From NCBI RefSeq assembly GCF_009914755.1, contig NC_060936.1: 64,000 bases of DNA; one strand, given 5' to 3'. The notes under the pieces are model-generated. The model searched no databases, was not told where the DNA came from, and saw only the letters and a list, made by a program, of their open reading frames with translations. Both the position numbers and the translations under genes were made by a program. This document shows positions 30,391 to 46,149 of this stretch, piece by piece. This DNA is from the human T2T-CHM13v2.0 reference genome, Homo sapiens. The stretch's first letter is position 1. Every line of letters starts with the position of its first letter.

Positions 30391-31469
30391 GTTTGAAGGA
30401 CCTCTATTTGTGAGCCGTTTATTAAGGGACCACAATTGCCTTCACTGTTCTCACTCCAGCCCATGCTATTAAACTGTTTAGAAGGAAATGGAGAATGAAG
30501 TGGTATTACAAATTGCCAGCATCTTAATCTGTCTATATCTATATATTTACACAGCATGCATCTGTGTATACTTTTCACTATCCCATCTTAAACTGCATAT
30601 GGAGAAGCTTCAGTATAAATGTTTTTTTTTCATTCTATAAAGAAATGTTATGAATACCCTTAATAGTTGGAGCACTGTGCTTAGGCTACAAGGACAAATA
30701 AAATAACCAATAAAGAGAGCCTTATCCTAGTATTCTTAATAATGATACATATTTGTTTAGCAACTGAAATTTATAAAGATTTTTTTATATGTTATTTGAC
30801 TCTTATAATCTATAATCACTTGCATGTTTATTATTCTTTTGTAAACCAGAAAATCAGATGGTAGAAATTATGGTTCTGAGATTACATCTAATAATGGCAT
30901 AGCTAAAATTTGATCCAGTGCTTTTTCTACTATATCACACCAGTGGCCCTTGTCAACTTCCTGTATACTAGCAATTTCACTTTACTATCTAGGATGAAGC
31001 CAATATCTGAAGAAAATTATTAAAGCCCGCAGTAGTTAGAACCAGTGAAGAGTTACAGCTGTAACATGAACAGCTAAGAGAACTAGAAGGGCAGGAGGTA
31101 CTCAGTAATATACAAAAGGACTGGCCAAGAGAACAGCCCACATGTCACCACTATATTTTATTATATACTTTAACTATAAAACTATGTTGTTTTTGTTTCT
31201 TATTTAGGAAAAGATGATGATAGTTTCATGGAAATCATTGTTCAGAGTGAATTATTAAAGATATAACCTTGAAAAAGAGTTTCAAAGATGTGAACTTGTT
31301 CAACTAAGAAAAAGTTGCTTGCTGTAAAAATTCAGCAATATAGGCTCCCAGAAAACAGTACCACAGTTATCACCTCAAAACTAAATAAATACCTAGAAAT
31401 ACTCAACTTAAATGGAAATTTAAGTTGTTTAAGTAAAATGTTCTGTATTAGAAAAAATATATAAAAGAA

Positions 31470-31660
31470 CCACCATTTATTGGGTCCCAAGTTTGTCCAA
31501 CATACAATAATGGGTGCTTTATATTTACTGTCTCAATCCTCACAACAACCCTAAAATAATACCTCATTTTACAGATAAGGAAAATTGAGAGTCAGTGATA
31601 TTAGATAACTACCCAAAATCAGTACGAGGGTCAAGATTTTAACTTGGTTCTGTTTGACTG
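31470..31660 (-). mobile_element. MIR SINE
   Basis: aatcctcacaacaaccct...cattttacagataaggaaaattgaga (MIR core). Confidence 0.7.
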
Positions 31661-31989
31661 CAAACTATATGGTGAGATTGTAGGATCTACCTTGGTAAAT
31701 TTTTAAGACTGATTGAATAATTTACACATTATTTTTCATATAATATTCTAGGAATTATTACTTTTTCCACTAACAGGAATTAGTATACCTTTCTGTTTTT
31801 ACAGGCTCCATCTAATTTGTGCCTTTTCAGTAAGACCCAGATAAATTGGGAAGAAAAGTAGAACTTTGGTCACATGTGTATATATGTACACTGAACACAA
31901 AAGCAGCTAAGAAAATGCTGTTTGTGGATTTTACCTTAGAGGGACAGAACTTACATGCATGGAATATGCCCCAACATGTAAGGATTTTC

Positions 31990-34950
31990 AAAAAGTGCTA
32001 AAACAAGAAAACTTAATAAACATACACTACCTGGCTGTCTAACATCAATATATTCCCATTGCCAATATTTAAACCTAACCTTCAAAATACATTCTTCTTC
32101 CATACTTACATATAGTAACAGTAATACAACTAAAATAATAATAAAATACTGAAGGTATCTCTTATAAAAACAAAAATGTGCTCACTCATTGTCTACAAAG
32201 AGGATGACCTGAAATATTCTGTGGCACCCAACCACAAGACAAGTATTGCTGAGAGCGTGATTGGTCTGATCATTCAACTTCTGCTGTCACAATCATCTTG
32301 AATCTCTGTCCATGTATATGAGAGTCATTTGATATGGCTTTCTACTTGAGCATGCCCAATTTAATAGGTTGGAGGATTAGCTAAAACAAGTTCATTTTAG
32401 GCAGATCAGGTCACATTTGTTTTTTCACAGCCAAATATACAATGTTGAATAACACTTAGCAATGAGCTCAGTGCTGCTTTTCAAAGGGATAAGATTTCCC
32501 TGCCTGATGACTTTGTTCCAAAACCTTAGAGATTTCTGCTGGGATTCCTCTATTAGAACTTTTCACAGGCTCCACATAGCATCTCAGTAAACTGCTAACG
32601 GTTCTAACACCCATTGAATCTATTGGTCGTTAATTAGGGCCAGGTAGATGTGCTATAGTATGGACTAACAAGGAAGCCTCCTTTTTTTCTGGGACCTACT
32701 CACAACTAGAGGCTTTCAGGTCACTTCGTAAATAGGTTAAAGCAGGATTCCCAAACTAATGTATAAATACCACAAAGAGTTCCACCTAGCAATGTGTCTC
32801 TTTCTTAGTAGCAGGAGGTACAAGGTGCATTAAGTTGCCTTTAACTTTGTAAAGCCTATCCTGGTATATGCAAGATCACTGGACCTCCAGAAATTTTACT
32901 GAGGTATAGTTCTTATATTTTCATGTGCTATATCTTACACCTTACTGGATTCATAGGTATACTTTCACTTATTACTTCCTGCTTTCTAGGTTCTGGACAC
33001 ATATGTCATCAATGTAGTTGTCATACGTGATGGTGAGACACTAATGATCTTTGTGAAATATATTGTAGTACAGAGCCAAATAATTTATATAACCCTAAGA
33101 TGAAATGGTTTACTATTGTACCTGTCATATAAACACAGCTGTTATAGGTGTTCTCTGTGTATTGAGATACAGGGAAAAAGCATTTGCCAGATGAATAGTT
33201 GTATACCTGGTCCTAAGAGCTCTAGATGTACATTTTTAAATGCACATCTACAACAGCAGCTGCATTTGAAATCACTGTCTGATTAGGTCTCTTATAAATC
33301 ACTTCCTCCAATGTCTACTGCATACTCTGGAGATAACTATATTATGTGTTTAAGGCCCAGTTGGGCTGGATATGAGACAGATTCAGATGGAAACTTCATT
33401 CACCATTTGATTCTGATAAGCATCCATTCTGACCAGTAGTACAACGTGGTCTTCTAGGTCTTCAGTTTTAGTGTTGGTTCAGAGTTACTATACAATGATA
33501 CACAAAAGACCTGATATTTCCCTTTCTCCAGTATAGCTACCTTGATGAGGAAGGCCAAACTGAGGATTTACAGTCTCTATCTGTGATATTATTGCGATAG
33601 ACGTTTTCAAGGATGGGCAATCTCCTCTTCACTCAAAAAACCGTGGGCATGTGAATTGACTCAGGACTGGACATTGGGGAAGACATTACAAATTTTTGTT
33701 GTAGTAACTCATGTCAGACCTTTGTTCATTAAGTCTGGATATTTTTATAATTTTAAGTTGGACTTTTTTGGATGCCTATCAGTTTTGTTCATATGATTCA
33801 TCTGATCAAGTACCCAAAGCTGATGTCCCTGCAGGTCAGAGCATTCTGATTACAACTCAACCATGCTAGCAGTAACAGTAACCATTTCCTCCTGCTTCTT
33901 GTAATTAGGTGTATCTACTTGAGTTTTGCTACCTCAGCGTCCCATAACATTGGAAGCCACGTAGCCCACCAGCATTCGTAGCCTACAGAAGGCAGACACT
34001 GTTGTTCACAGACACTGACTTTTACCTTTCGAGGAGCAATGTTACAGAGCAATTGGTGGCCTTGATTATTGCTTGAATTGAGAATTTAGCATCGTGAGAC
34101 TTTAATTATCTTTTTGAAGCTGTTGTGTGAAATTAGGATCAACTAATTTTGTTTTTGAATTCCTCATGCTCTTCATATTTTTCCATGTCCATAGCCCCTG
34201 GATCTGGTAATAGAAGTATCCAAATGTTGGGCCACTGAAAGTCTTGCCTTCAGTGGTCACTTTATTTCAAGTGGCTATAGTTAATAATTTGTTAGTTTGC
34301 TGCTGCACACTATGAACTACCAGATTTTACATTTTTTTAAAGAATACCAGCTGAATCTTTACAGCCATCGACCCTTACAGAACCAGGTAACTAAAATCTT
34401 TCCGATTTTCCTGAGGTTATATTGTCTTCAACCACTTCTAGAACCAATTTACATATCAACCAGGGTTCTTCTTTTAAATAACAGAAGCTGCTTTCATCTG
34501 ACTAAGCAGCAGAGGAGTTTATTAAAACGATATTAGGTAAGCAACCAAGTTGCTAGAGGGCTGGAAAACCAAGGTTAAGCTTCTATGAACAATAGCAAAA
34601 ACTACACTGCAAAACTGGCTAAAGATAAACCACTCTTTGCTGCACATTCCCATCAAGCACTAGGATAAACTATTGCATAGTTCAATCATTTCCATCCCCC
34701 AAATTTGGATACTTCTATTATCATCGTCACGAGCAAAATAGATGCTATACAGAGACCTCTAATTCCTCACTTATGAATCAAAGTCTCGCACATTTGACTC
34801 TGGTTAGTGGAGCCATAGGAGCAGAGCAGGCTAGATAACTGAGTTTTCTTGGGTTTTATGCAGGGGAATCATACCTCATAAGGCTGGAAATTTTTTAAAC
34901 ATAGGGAGGATATCAAAAATCAGAAAACATTACAAATGGCCACTACATTC
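31990..34950 (-). mobile_element. Old ERVL/MaLR internal region with an adjoining MLT1-type LTR (~34410-34950)
   Basis: Compositional shift, decayed integrase-like phrases on the minus strand, and LTR-like caaccagggttctt...aacagaagc...ggagtttattaaaacgatattagg...agagggctggaaaaccagg; no long ORF. Confidence 0.45.
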
Positions 34951-35269
34951 TTTAGTAAAGTCTCCCAAGTTGCTGTGGTTACTGAAGAAATATTTTTCCA
35001 GCTTTTTAGTCTTTTGGCTAATTCTAAAACTGATCCTTTGAAGTTAAACTAGGTGGGTTTCATTCTTTCTAGAACAGAACATTAGCAATTGCTAGGTTCA
35101 TCATTTTGTAGAAAGTTTGCAGCTTGGCCACCATAATATTCTTTTTCAAGTAATCTGAGATTTTCTACAGTTAATGCCTAAGTTATACAACACTGTTCAA
35201 AGGATATGCAATACTTTGGATAGATTAGGTTCTGGGTTCTATGTAGTTGTACTAAAAATAGTTCTTAAG

Positions 35270-35370
35270 GTATATATATATATGTATATATGTAGATATA
35301 AGGTATATATACACACATATATAAGGTATATATATACATATATATATGCATATATATATATATATATGTA
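35270..35370. repeat. Interrupted (TA)n microsatellite
   Basis: Directly visible. Confidence 0.95.
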
Positions 35371-36719
35371 GGATTTTTTGTAAATTTTAGTGATTAAACT
35401 TATCATTGTGTTAATCAACAGTGTTTCCCCCTGATTACTCAGGGATATTTCATATATGTTAGTTATAGTACTTTTTTCATAGAATGATGGCCACCAAGTT
35501 TACTAAAAAAAGAGCTTAAATTTCTTTCTACTAAATTCATCTAGATGAGATTTCCATTGTTTCTTGAGTCCTTGGCATCATCTGTTCTCTGTATTTATGT
35601 GTCCCTCTAATCAATTAATCTGTTTCTTCTCTCCTTCTCCCCATTTTCTTGCTATTGAACCTGTTATCCATGGCCTCTGCTATTTTTCAACTCTGATTGT
35701 AAGTATAAAACTGAAGAAAATAATGAGAAACTAGACAGCAGAGTACTGTATCAAATTAAGTCACACATGTTAAGCTTGAACAAGGAGAAATTTCCATCTT
35801 AACTTTGTAATAAGTATACAGGTTTTTTGGTATCTGTTTTCACAGGTTCTTATCACATCTTTGATGTTCTGGTTGTTAGAGAAGGTTGTGGCTCGGGACA
35901 TTATACTACTAAATTGCAAAGTTAGATTCCACCAACCCATTTGAATCTTTTCCAGATGACTTTTTTTCCAATGTGGATGATTTTATGAACATCTGATTTG
36001 AAGTAAAATATTCCAGGATAAGCTGTATATCCAGCAGTGTACATTGAGATTGAGTCATAAAATAGTCCCACTATTCTTTTCACTACGGTTTTTTATTAAT
36101 TTTTGCATGTATAATGTGATTAATACCTTGTACTAGGAGCATATTAATCATATCTTCTTTGCCATTTTACAAAAATTTAAATGTATACTTTTTATTCATC
36201 TGTGGGGATATATGACATTTAAAATAACTTTATGGCTTAGTATTTCCTTTGTAGTTTAGAGTACTTATTCGTTTAAGCTTTAGTGTGACTATAATGTATT
36301 CAACCCTTTGCTTTTGTCCTCAATATTTACTCCATTCCTGTGGTTCACATTTCCCTTTCCTTATGTATCATGTGTTGAAAATGAAAATATCTTGTCTGGG
36401 GTGGAGCTTAGCCATGGAACTAAACAAACATGCCCTCTCCTTCTGCTCTTAGTTGGTTTTACAGGTTAAGTTACTTAAGAATCCTGTTAAGAACAACAAG
36501 AACAACTTTACATATACCTTTCTGCATCATTATATAATCATAGTTAGTAAAAATCTCTTTCACTTCCTCCACCAGTGTACAATGTGATTCATTCACTCCT
36601 TTTATATTTATGACTCACTCATCAGTAGAGAGGTTATTGAAAATAGCATACATATTCAAAAATGAAAGCCCTTGAATTTAGTGAAAGAAATTAAGCCACT
36701 TGAACAGAATTTCCAGTAC

Positions 36720-37040
36720 TCAAAAGGAAACTGTGATGGGCACAGAAAACTGTGAACAAGGCATGTTCTTCTCATGTCAAGAGCAGAGTGCAAGAGAGAA
36801 AGCCCAAACAGGTAAACATTGCAAGCTTCTGATTATGCCTTATCTGCTGATATCTCCAAAGCAAGTTATATGGTCAAGTCCAAGGTCAAGAAGCAGGGAC
36901 GTACATTCCATATACCATGAAGCCAAAGCATGTCACACAGTCAAACTCAACATCAATAGGTGAAAAAGCCTATTTCTCCCACAGAGGTGAGGAAAAAGAA
37001 TGGCTAAATATTTGATCAATAATTATTTAATCTACCATAC
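36720..37040 (-). mobile_element. MLT1(G/H-like) MaLR LTR fragment
   Basis: catgttcttctcatg...gcaagagag...caaagcaagttatatggtcaagtccaaggtcaag...aataattatttaatctaccata. Confidence 0.55.
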
Positions 37041-37069
37041 CACCCAGTATAAATTAGCTATCTTCTCTC

Positions 37070-37400
37070 CTACCAACCTTACTTTATAGTATCACTACTC
37101 TATTTTTTCTTCTTAGTGCATAAAACTCTTTGAAATTATGTTCATGTTTTTATCATTCACTATTCATTCAGTGAACAAATACCATCAAATACCTAATATA
37201 TGCTAGGTAGCACTCTTAAGTGCTAGGGATATATCAGTAAATAAAACAGACAAAAATTCTTGTTAATTATCTTTTCCCCCTACTATAAAATATAAGCTCT
37301 AAAAGAGAAAAGACCTCATTTGTTTTGTTCACTGCTGTATTCTCAGTATCTAGAATAAGCCTGAAACATAACAGATGTTTAATGAAACGTTGCTTAATGA
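37070..37400. mobile_element. L2 3' end fragments in both orientations
   Basis: cattcagtgaacaaatac...gtgctagggatatatcagtaaataaaacagac and tgttttgttcactgctgtattctcagtatctagaa. Confidence 0.55.
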
Positions 37401-37764
37401 AGGAATGCCATTAAACATTTATCTAATCTAACTCTGTTTGTTCAAATTCCTTGCTCACTAAGCAGCTTTCTGATTGTGATTTGTTTCTAGCATAGGGGAA
37501 GCTTTTATGGTCAGTTTTATGAACTTGAGTTATTTCAAGTCTTCTCTTAAGAAAAAGATCTATGCCTGGTATTTTGATAAATCTGTACCTGCATAGCTGA
37601 AAAATCAATCCTTGAATGTAGTAAATTCACAAACGTAAAACCACCCTGAGCCTGAGCAACTTCTGTTGGTTAAGTAGTATACATTTAATTCCCTTCTAAG
37701 CAGATACAGTTATTAACAGTAATGCAAAGAGTTTTCACTTGGAATATGTGGCACCTCACTTTTC

Positions 37765-38873
37765 TCTTATTATTATTATTATTATTATACTTTAAGTTCT
37801 GGGGTACATGTGCAGAATGTGCAGGTTTGTTTCATAGGTATACATGTGCCATAGTGGTTTGCTGCACCCATCAACCTGTCATCTATATTAGGTATTTCTC
37901 CTAATGCTATCCTTCCCCTACCCCCTACTCCCTTACAGGCCCAGATGTATGATGTTCCCCTCCCTGTGTCCATGTGTTCTCATTGTTCAACTCCCACTTA
38001 TGAGTGAGAACATGCAGTATTTGGTTTTCTGTTCTTGTGAGAATAATGGTTTCCAGCTTCATCCATGTCCCTGCAAAGGACATGAACTCATCCTTTTTTA
38101 TGGTTGCATAGTATTCCATGGTGTATATGTGCCACATTTTCTTTATCCAGTCTATCAATGATGGGCATTTGGGTTGGTTCCAAGTCTTTGCTATTGTGAA
38201 TAGTGCTGCAGTCAACATATGTGTGCATGTGTCTTTATAGTAGAATGATTTATAATCCTTTGGGTATATACCCAGTAATGGGATTGCTGGGTCAAATGCT
38301 ATCTTTAGTTCTAGATTCTTGAGGAATCGCCACACTGTCTTCCACAATGGTTGAACTAATTTATACTACCACCAACAGTGTAAAAGCGTTCCTGTTTCTC
38401 CACATCCTCTCCAGCATCTGTTGTTTCCTGACTTTTTAATGATCGCCATTCTAACTGGCATGAGATGGTATCTCATTGTGGTTTTGATTTCCATTTCTCT
38501 AATGGCCAGTGATGATGAGCTTTTTTCCATATATTTGTTGACTACATAAATGTCTTCTTTTGAGAAGTGTCTGTTCGTATCCTTCGCCCACTTTTTGATG
38601 GGTTTTTTTTTTTTCTTGTAAATTTGTTTAAGTTCTTTGTAGATTCTGGATATTAGCCCTTTGTCAGATGGATAGATTGCAAAAATTTTCTCCCATTGTG
38701 TAGGTTGCCTGTTCATTCTGATGATAGTTTCTTTTGCTGTGCAGAAGCTCTTTAGTTTAATTAGATCCCATTTGTCAATTTTTGCTTTTGTTGCCATTGC
38801 TTTTAGTGTTTTAGTCATGAAGTCTTTGTCCATGCCTATGTCCTGAATGGTATTGCCTAGGTTTTCTTCTAGG
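37765..38873 (-). mobile_element. 5'-truncated L1PA7-like element (1.1 kb)
   Basis: ORF2 C-terminus and 3'UTR on the minus strand, tail decayed to (AAT)n; TSD ggcacctcaYttttc at 37750-37764 and 38874-38888. Confidence 0.95.
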
Positions 38874-39553
38874 GGCACCTCATTTTTCATTGAGGATCCT
38901 GCTTACTTTAGATACATCATCTTCTTTGCTTCAAGGCTTCTGCCAAAAATAAATAGTTTAATGATAAGATATGAGTCATTTCTCACTAGGCTCATACATA
39001 GCACCACAGAAGGTATTGGCAAATAGCTAAATAAATAGATACCGTTACCAAGTTTTGAGTCTAATGAAAATTTATCTACCTATTAACTTTGGTCAGTTTA
39101 GCTATTTCAAGAACTATGTCTTAGAGTATGTATTTACTGTATAAAACCAAGTAAAAACTTAAAAGATTCTCAGAATAGATCTATTCCATAGATATTTGAA
39201 CTGCATTATCAACAGTCAGCACTTGGAATGTTCCCTGCCCTCCCCCTATTATCTCTGAAGCCATAATTTTATTTTTATACTCAATCTGTTAGAGTCTGAT
39301 AAGTGTATGATCTGGCAAATCTTTCATTTCAAATGAAACAAGTCATAGAAATTCTCATATATACTTCAGGTTCTTCAATTTTTTTAAATGTGTAAGGCTA
39401 TTAGATGCCCTTTATATAGTCATTCAAGAGTTACCACCATTTGCTGAAGAATACACTATTATTTAACTATAGTGGTTCATAGTAAAATACAAGTGATTAT
39501 AAATTGTTTTATACAAATGGTGATGTAGCACCAATTCTATAAGAAGCACTCTA

Positions 39554-42655
<3,102 letters not shown>

Positions 42656-43807
42656 AAGCACTCTAGTAAGAAGAAAGTTTTTGTACAATCCTATACCAAG
42701 AAAATGTTTCCCAATACTTTTATTGACAAGAGTTTTGAGTTCTGTTGCACAGATTTTATTTATTCTATTCATTCATTAACAAATATTTGTTGAATATTTA
42801 TATACTGGCCATATACCAGGACCCTGAAATGGGAATTAACCAAGCTCTAATGGATCAGAGAACACTTCCCAGCATAGTAATTTCTAAGCTAAAATTTTAA
42901 AAATGACTTCTGTCTCCACTTCCCTCATATCCAATACATAGTGAAATCTATCTTCAATATATATTCAGAATCTGATATATATTGCTGTGAACTCTTATCA
43001 ACTCTTGCTGTCACCACTGTCCAAGCTATTATGTTTTGCCTGATTTCTACAAGAGCCTCCTAACTGGTATCCTTACTTTTACTCTTACACTTCAAAGTCT
43101 ACATGGCTCCTTATGTTTGCTTCTTTCTTTCACAAGCTACGTATGTAGGCATGCTTATGTCACTTAAAATATTCTTACGCATCTGTTTCACTTATATTAT
43201 AGACCAAGAAAAAAATGCCGTGTCTGGCAGCTAACTGACTTAAGTGAAGTTTAGTAGAACAGTTTCTCTGTAGTTATAAATTTACCTGTAGAAATTCTTT
43301 TGGAGTTGTCATTTCAGTTTTAGAAACTTGCAACAAAAATGACAGATCAGTAGTGGCACTTACAGAAAAACCTAAACTATACACTTCAAACTCTAAAAGC
43401 TATTTCCAATAGTACTGAAAATAACAATGGTTACCCATTGTAGTATCTGCGGAATGAACTAATTTTCACCTTATGTTTTTTAATAAATAGTTTGCCAAAA
43501 TATTTGGCAGAATTATTCACCAAGGACCAGAAAATCTTTGCCCTTCTTTTTAGTTTTTCCAAATTTCCCTGCTCAAAGAATCATTACTATTTGCCTTTTT
43601 TCTAATTTGGGATGCGGGAAAACTAATGGAACGCTGAATTTTGTATATGAAGTGATGGGAAAGAAAAGATTTTTGTACCCTGCACTGAAATCCCATCTTA
43701 CTGGCTTCTTCTTATTGCTACCTACCGGAGAGAGGCATAATATTCCATGTCCTTGAAAGAGTTATTCTGCGAATCGAATGCTACAGTAACTCAGAGAATT
43801 GAGTTTC

Positions 43808-43897
43808 ATCTACGGCCATACCACCCTGAACGCTCCCGATCTCGTCTGATCTCGGAAGCTAAGGAGGGTCGGGCCTGGTTAGTACTTGGATGGGAGA
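43808..43897 (+). pseudogene. 5S rRNA retropseudogene, 3'-truncated (nt 1-90) and tailless
   Basis: 87/90 identical to human 5S rRNA nt 1-90 as recalled (differences at nt 1, 27, 57); perfect 19-bp direct repeat agagaattgagtttcatct at 43793-43811 and 43895-43913. Confidence 0.97.
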
Positions 43898-44532
43898 GAA
43901 TTGAGTTTCATCTTTCCACATTAAAAAATGAAGTTAAAGCATCTGTAAAGCAAAACCCAGAGTGATTATTCATTTCTTTCCTTGTTTAAGAAACATGCAG
44001 TTACTACTGCTGCACTCCTCTCCTAATGATCCTGATGCCAGGAATTGCAGATTCAGATTTACCACACAGAGTCTTGACCCACAGCTATACCCCAAAGAGC
44101 AACCACATCCAAGACACAGAAGTGAAGCCAAAAATAATGAAAGCTTCTGTATCTGAAAAGATTCTTATTTAAGATCTCAGGTGAGCCTATAGAATTGTGG
44201 ACTCAGGCAATCAAACATCAGTCAGACATTCAGTTTCTTTTCATTTGCCTTGTATTTCTTGAAGTCCTACCAAGAAGTGCTCCAACGGAGAGCAAACAGA
44301 GATGACTGCTTAAACAGCACCTTTGCGCCACAGGAAAATTTCCTTTAGGTAAACAGTGTTTCAATTCCTATGTAGATTTCACTGTATGTGGATGTGTATT
44401 AGGGCTAAAATCAAAAAGCAAATTAATGATTACACATATTTCTGGAAGCAGAGACAAATTACTAAGTCTTATTTGTATTTACTTTAGTTAAACAGTTTAA
44501 ATGTTTGATGTGAATGTGATACATAGCTACTC

Positions 44533-44987
44533 TGTATCTATAGGGTCCTTTAATTGCAAGCAATAGAAACTGAATCAGACTAACTTTAGGAAAAGGGAAT
44601 TTGTTGAAAGGTTATCAGAGGCATGATAGGAAGCTGTATACCAGACTTGGTAGTGGGTAAAGAAGCAAGACATCTTTGGAAACTCAGAGGCAGCAGCAGC
44701 CTTAACAGTGCTCTCATAATGAAAAATAAACTGGCCAGGGCACCATTACTAGGAATGAACAAAACTAACCATTCCTGCATCTTTGTTTCTCCACTGACTA
44801 TGTAAATTCCAAGGAGGAAGCATCTAATTGAACTAGTTTGGGTCACATGCTTGCCTCTTTGCTAGTGAAAGGCAGGATTCCTAGTTACAGTCCAGTGAGT
44901 AAGAATTAATTCCCCAATGGAATTCAAATTGTCATTAGGAAGGAGAAATAAATGCTGGAAGCTAAAAAGCAACAAATGTTTAACACA
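44533..44987 (-). mobile_element. Old MLT1 (K/L/N-like) LTR
   Basis: agggtcctttaattgcaagcaatagaaac...aaaagggaatttgttgaaagg...gaagcatctaattg...gggtcacatgc. Confidence 0.55.
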
Positions 44988-44999
44988 GCCACTATTTAT

Positions 45000-45220
45000 T
45001 CATTGTGTATGGTTTACCAGTCACTGTGATTCATGTGCATTATCTCATTTAATGCTTATAACAGGGCTAGTAGTTCAGATCCTGTTATAATCCTCATTTT
45101 ACAGGTAAGAAAACTAAAGCTTTGAGAAAGGTTAGATAGCTTGTGCAAGGTCACACCACTAGAAAGTGGCAGAATCAGAACTTCAGAGAGAACACTCATA
45201 AAAGCCATACTTCTCTTGAC
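45000..45220 (-). mobile_element. MIR SINE
   Basis: attatctcatttaatgct...cattttacaggtaagaaaact...cttgtgcaaggtcacac. Confidence 0.7.
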
Positions 45221-45689
45221 AGAGCTGTGTATTAGCATTGATGATAATATTTACTGAATCTGTCCTTCAGGGGTAAAAAAAAAAAAAGACAAAACCAAAA
45301 CGATAAAAAACATGGTATGTAGATAGATCAAATCTACCAGTAGTCACATAAAACGTAGACATTCTTTATGGGAATCAAGCTTTGGGAATAAAAGTTGTAT
45401 AAATGCAGAATTCATATATGTGCAGATAATTTTTCTCTGATGCAAATTCATGATTTAATTTCTTAATACAGTGAATGATTTGAATATCTTAGTGAAGCAC
45501 AGTCTTGAGCCTGCAAATCAAGCTTTATAAATAGGCTTGTATGTTTCTTGGTTTATAGAGAAGAGATTAAGGGGGTAAAAAACTTCCAGTGTTCTCCAGT
45601 TACATAGTTATTGCCATCTGGAGATGCTAAACAATCTTAGTAATCCCAAGAATGAAATGAGATAATGAGCATAATGTGGCTGCTAAACT

Positions 45690-45860
45690 CTAAACCACAC
45701 TTTTGTAACCTTGGCATAATTGACATTTTGGACCAGATAATTCTTTGTTGTGGGGGCTCTACAGTCACTGTCCCATCTGTAGCAGCATTTGGTGGCCACC
45801 ACCCAATAGATGCCAGTAGTAGCCACCCCCTAGTTGTTACAATCAAAACAGCTGACTTCA
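45690..45860 (-). mobile_element. MER20 (hAT)
   Basis: aaccttggcataattgacattttggaccagataattctttgttgtggggg...cccaatagatgccagtag...gttgttacaatcaaaa. Confidence 0.75.
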
Positions 45861-46149
45861 AAATCACTGCCAGTTTTCTCAATGACATTCTTCTAATCAC
45901 TAAAGTAAGTATTCTGTTATAAAGATATTTGTCCAAGGGATTTATACAAACTATTCTGAATATTTGTCAGTTGTCTTTTCTTCCTTTCCTCCCTACCCTT
46001 GCCATTTGTCTAAATTCATCTTTGGAGAAAACACTGTTTACCATTGAACAGGATGTTCTTCCTAATTCCTTCCAGCTCTAGGAGTTAATGTCTTTTACTG
46101 TGCTGTATCCAGATTTAATAATCAGCTGATACTAGGTACTAGTACAGTC

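Noticed and set aside
30255-30578. His/Thr-rich 107-aa ORF (and the Tyr/Ile-rich ORF at 35174-35371)
   Set aside because: Translation artefacts of (CA)n and (TA)n microsatellites.
43808-43897. Functional 5S rRNA gene
   Set aside because: It lacks the 3' ~30 nt needed for helix I/IV and the terminator, is a single copy, and is flanked by a TSD.
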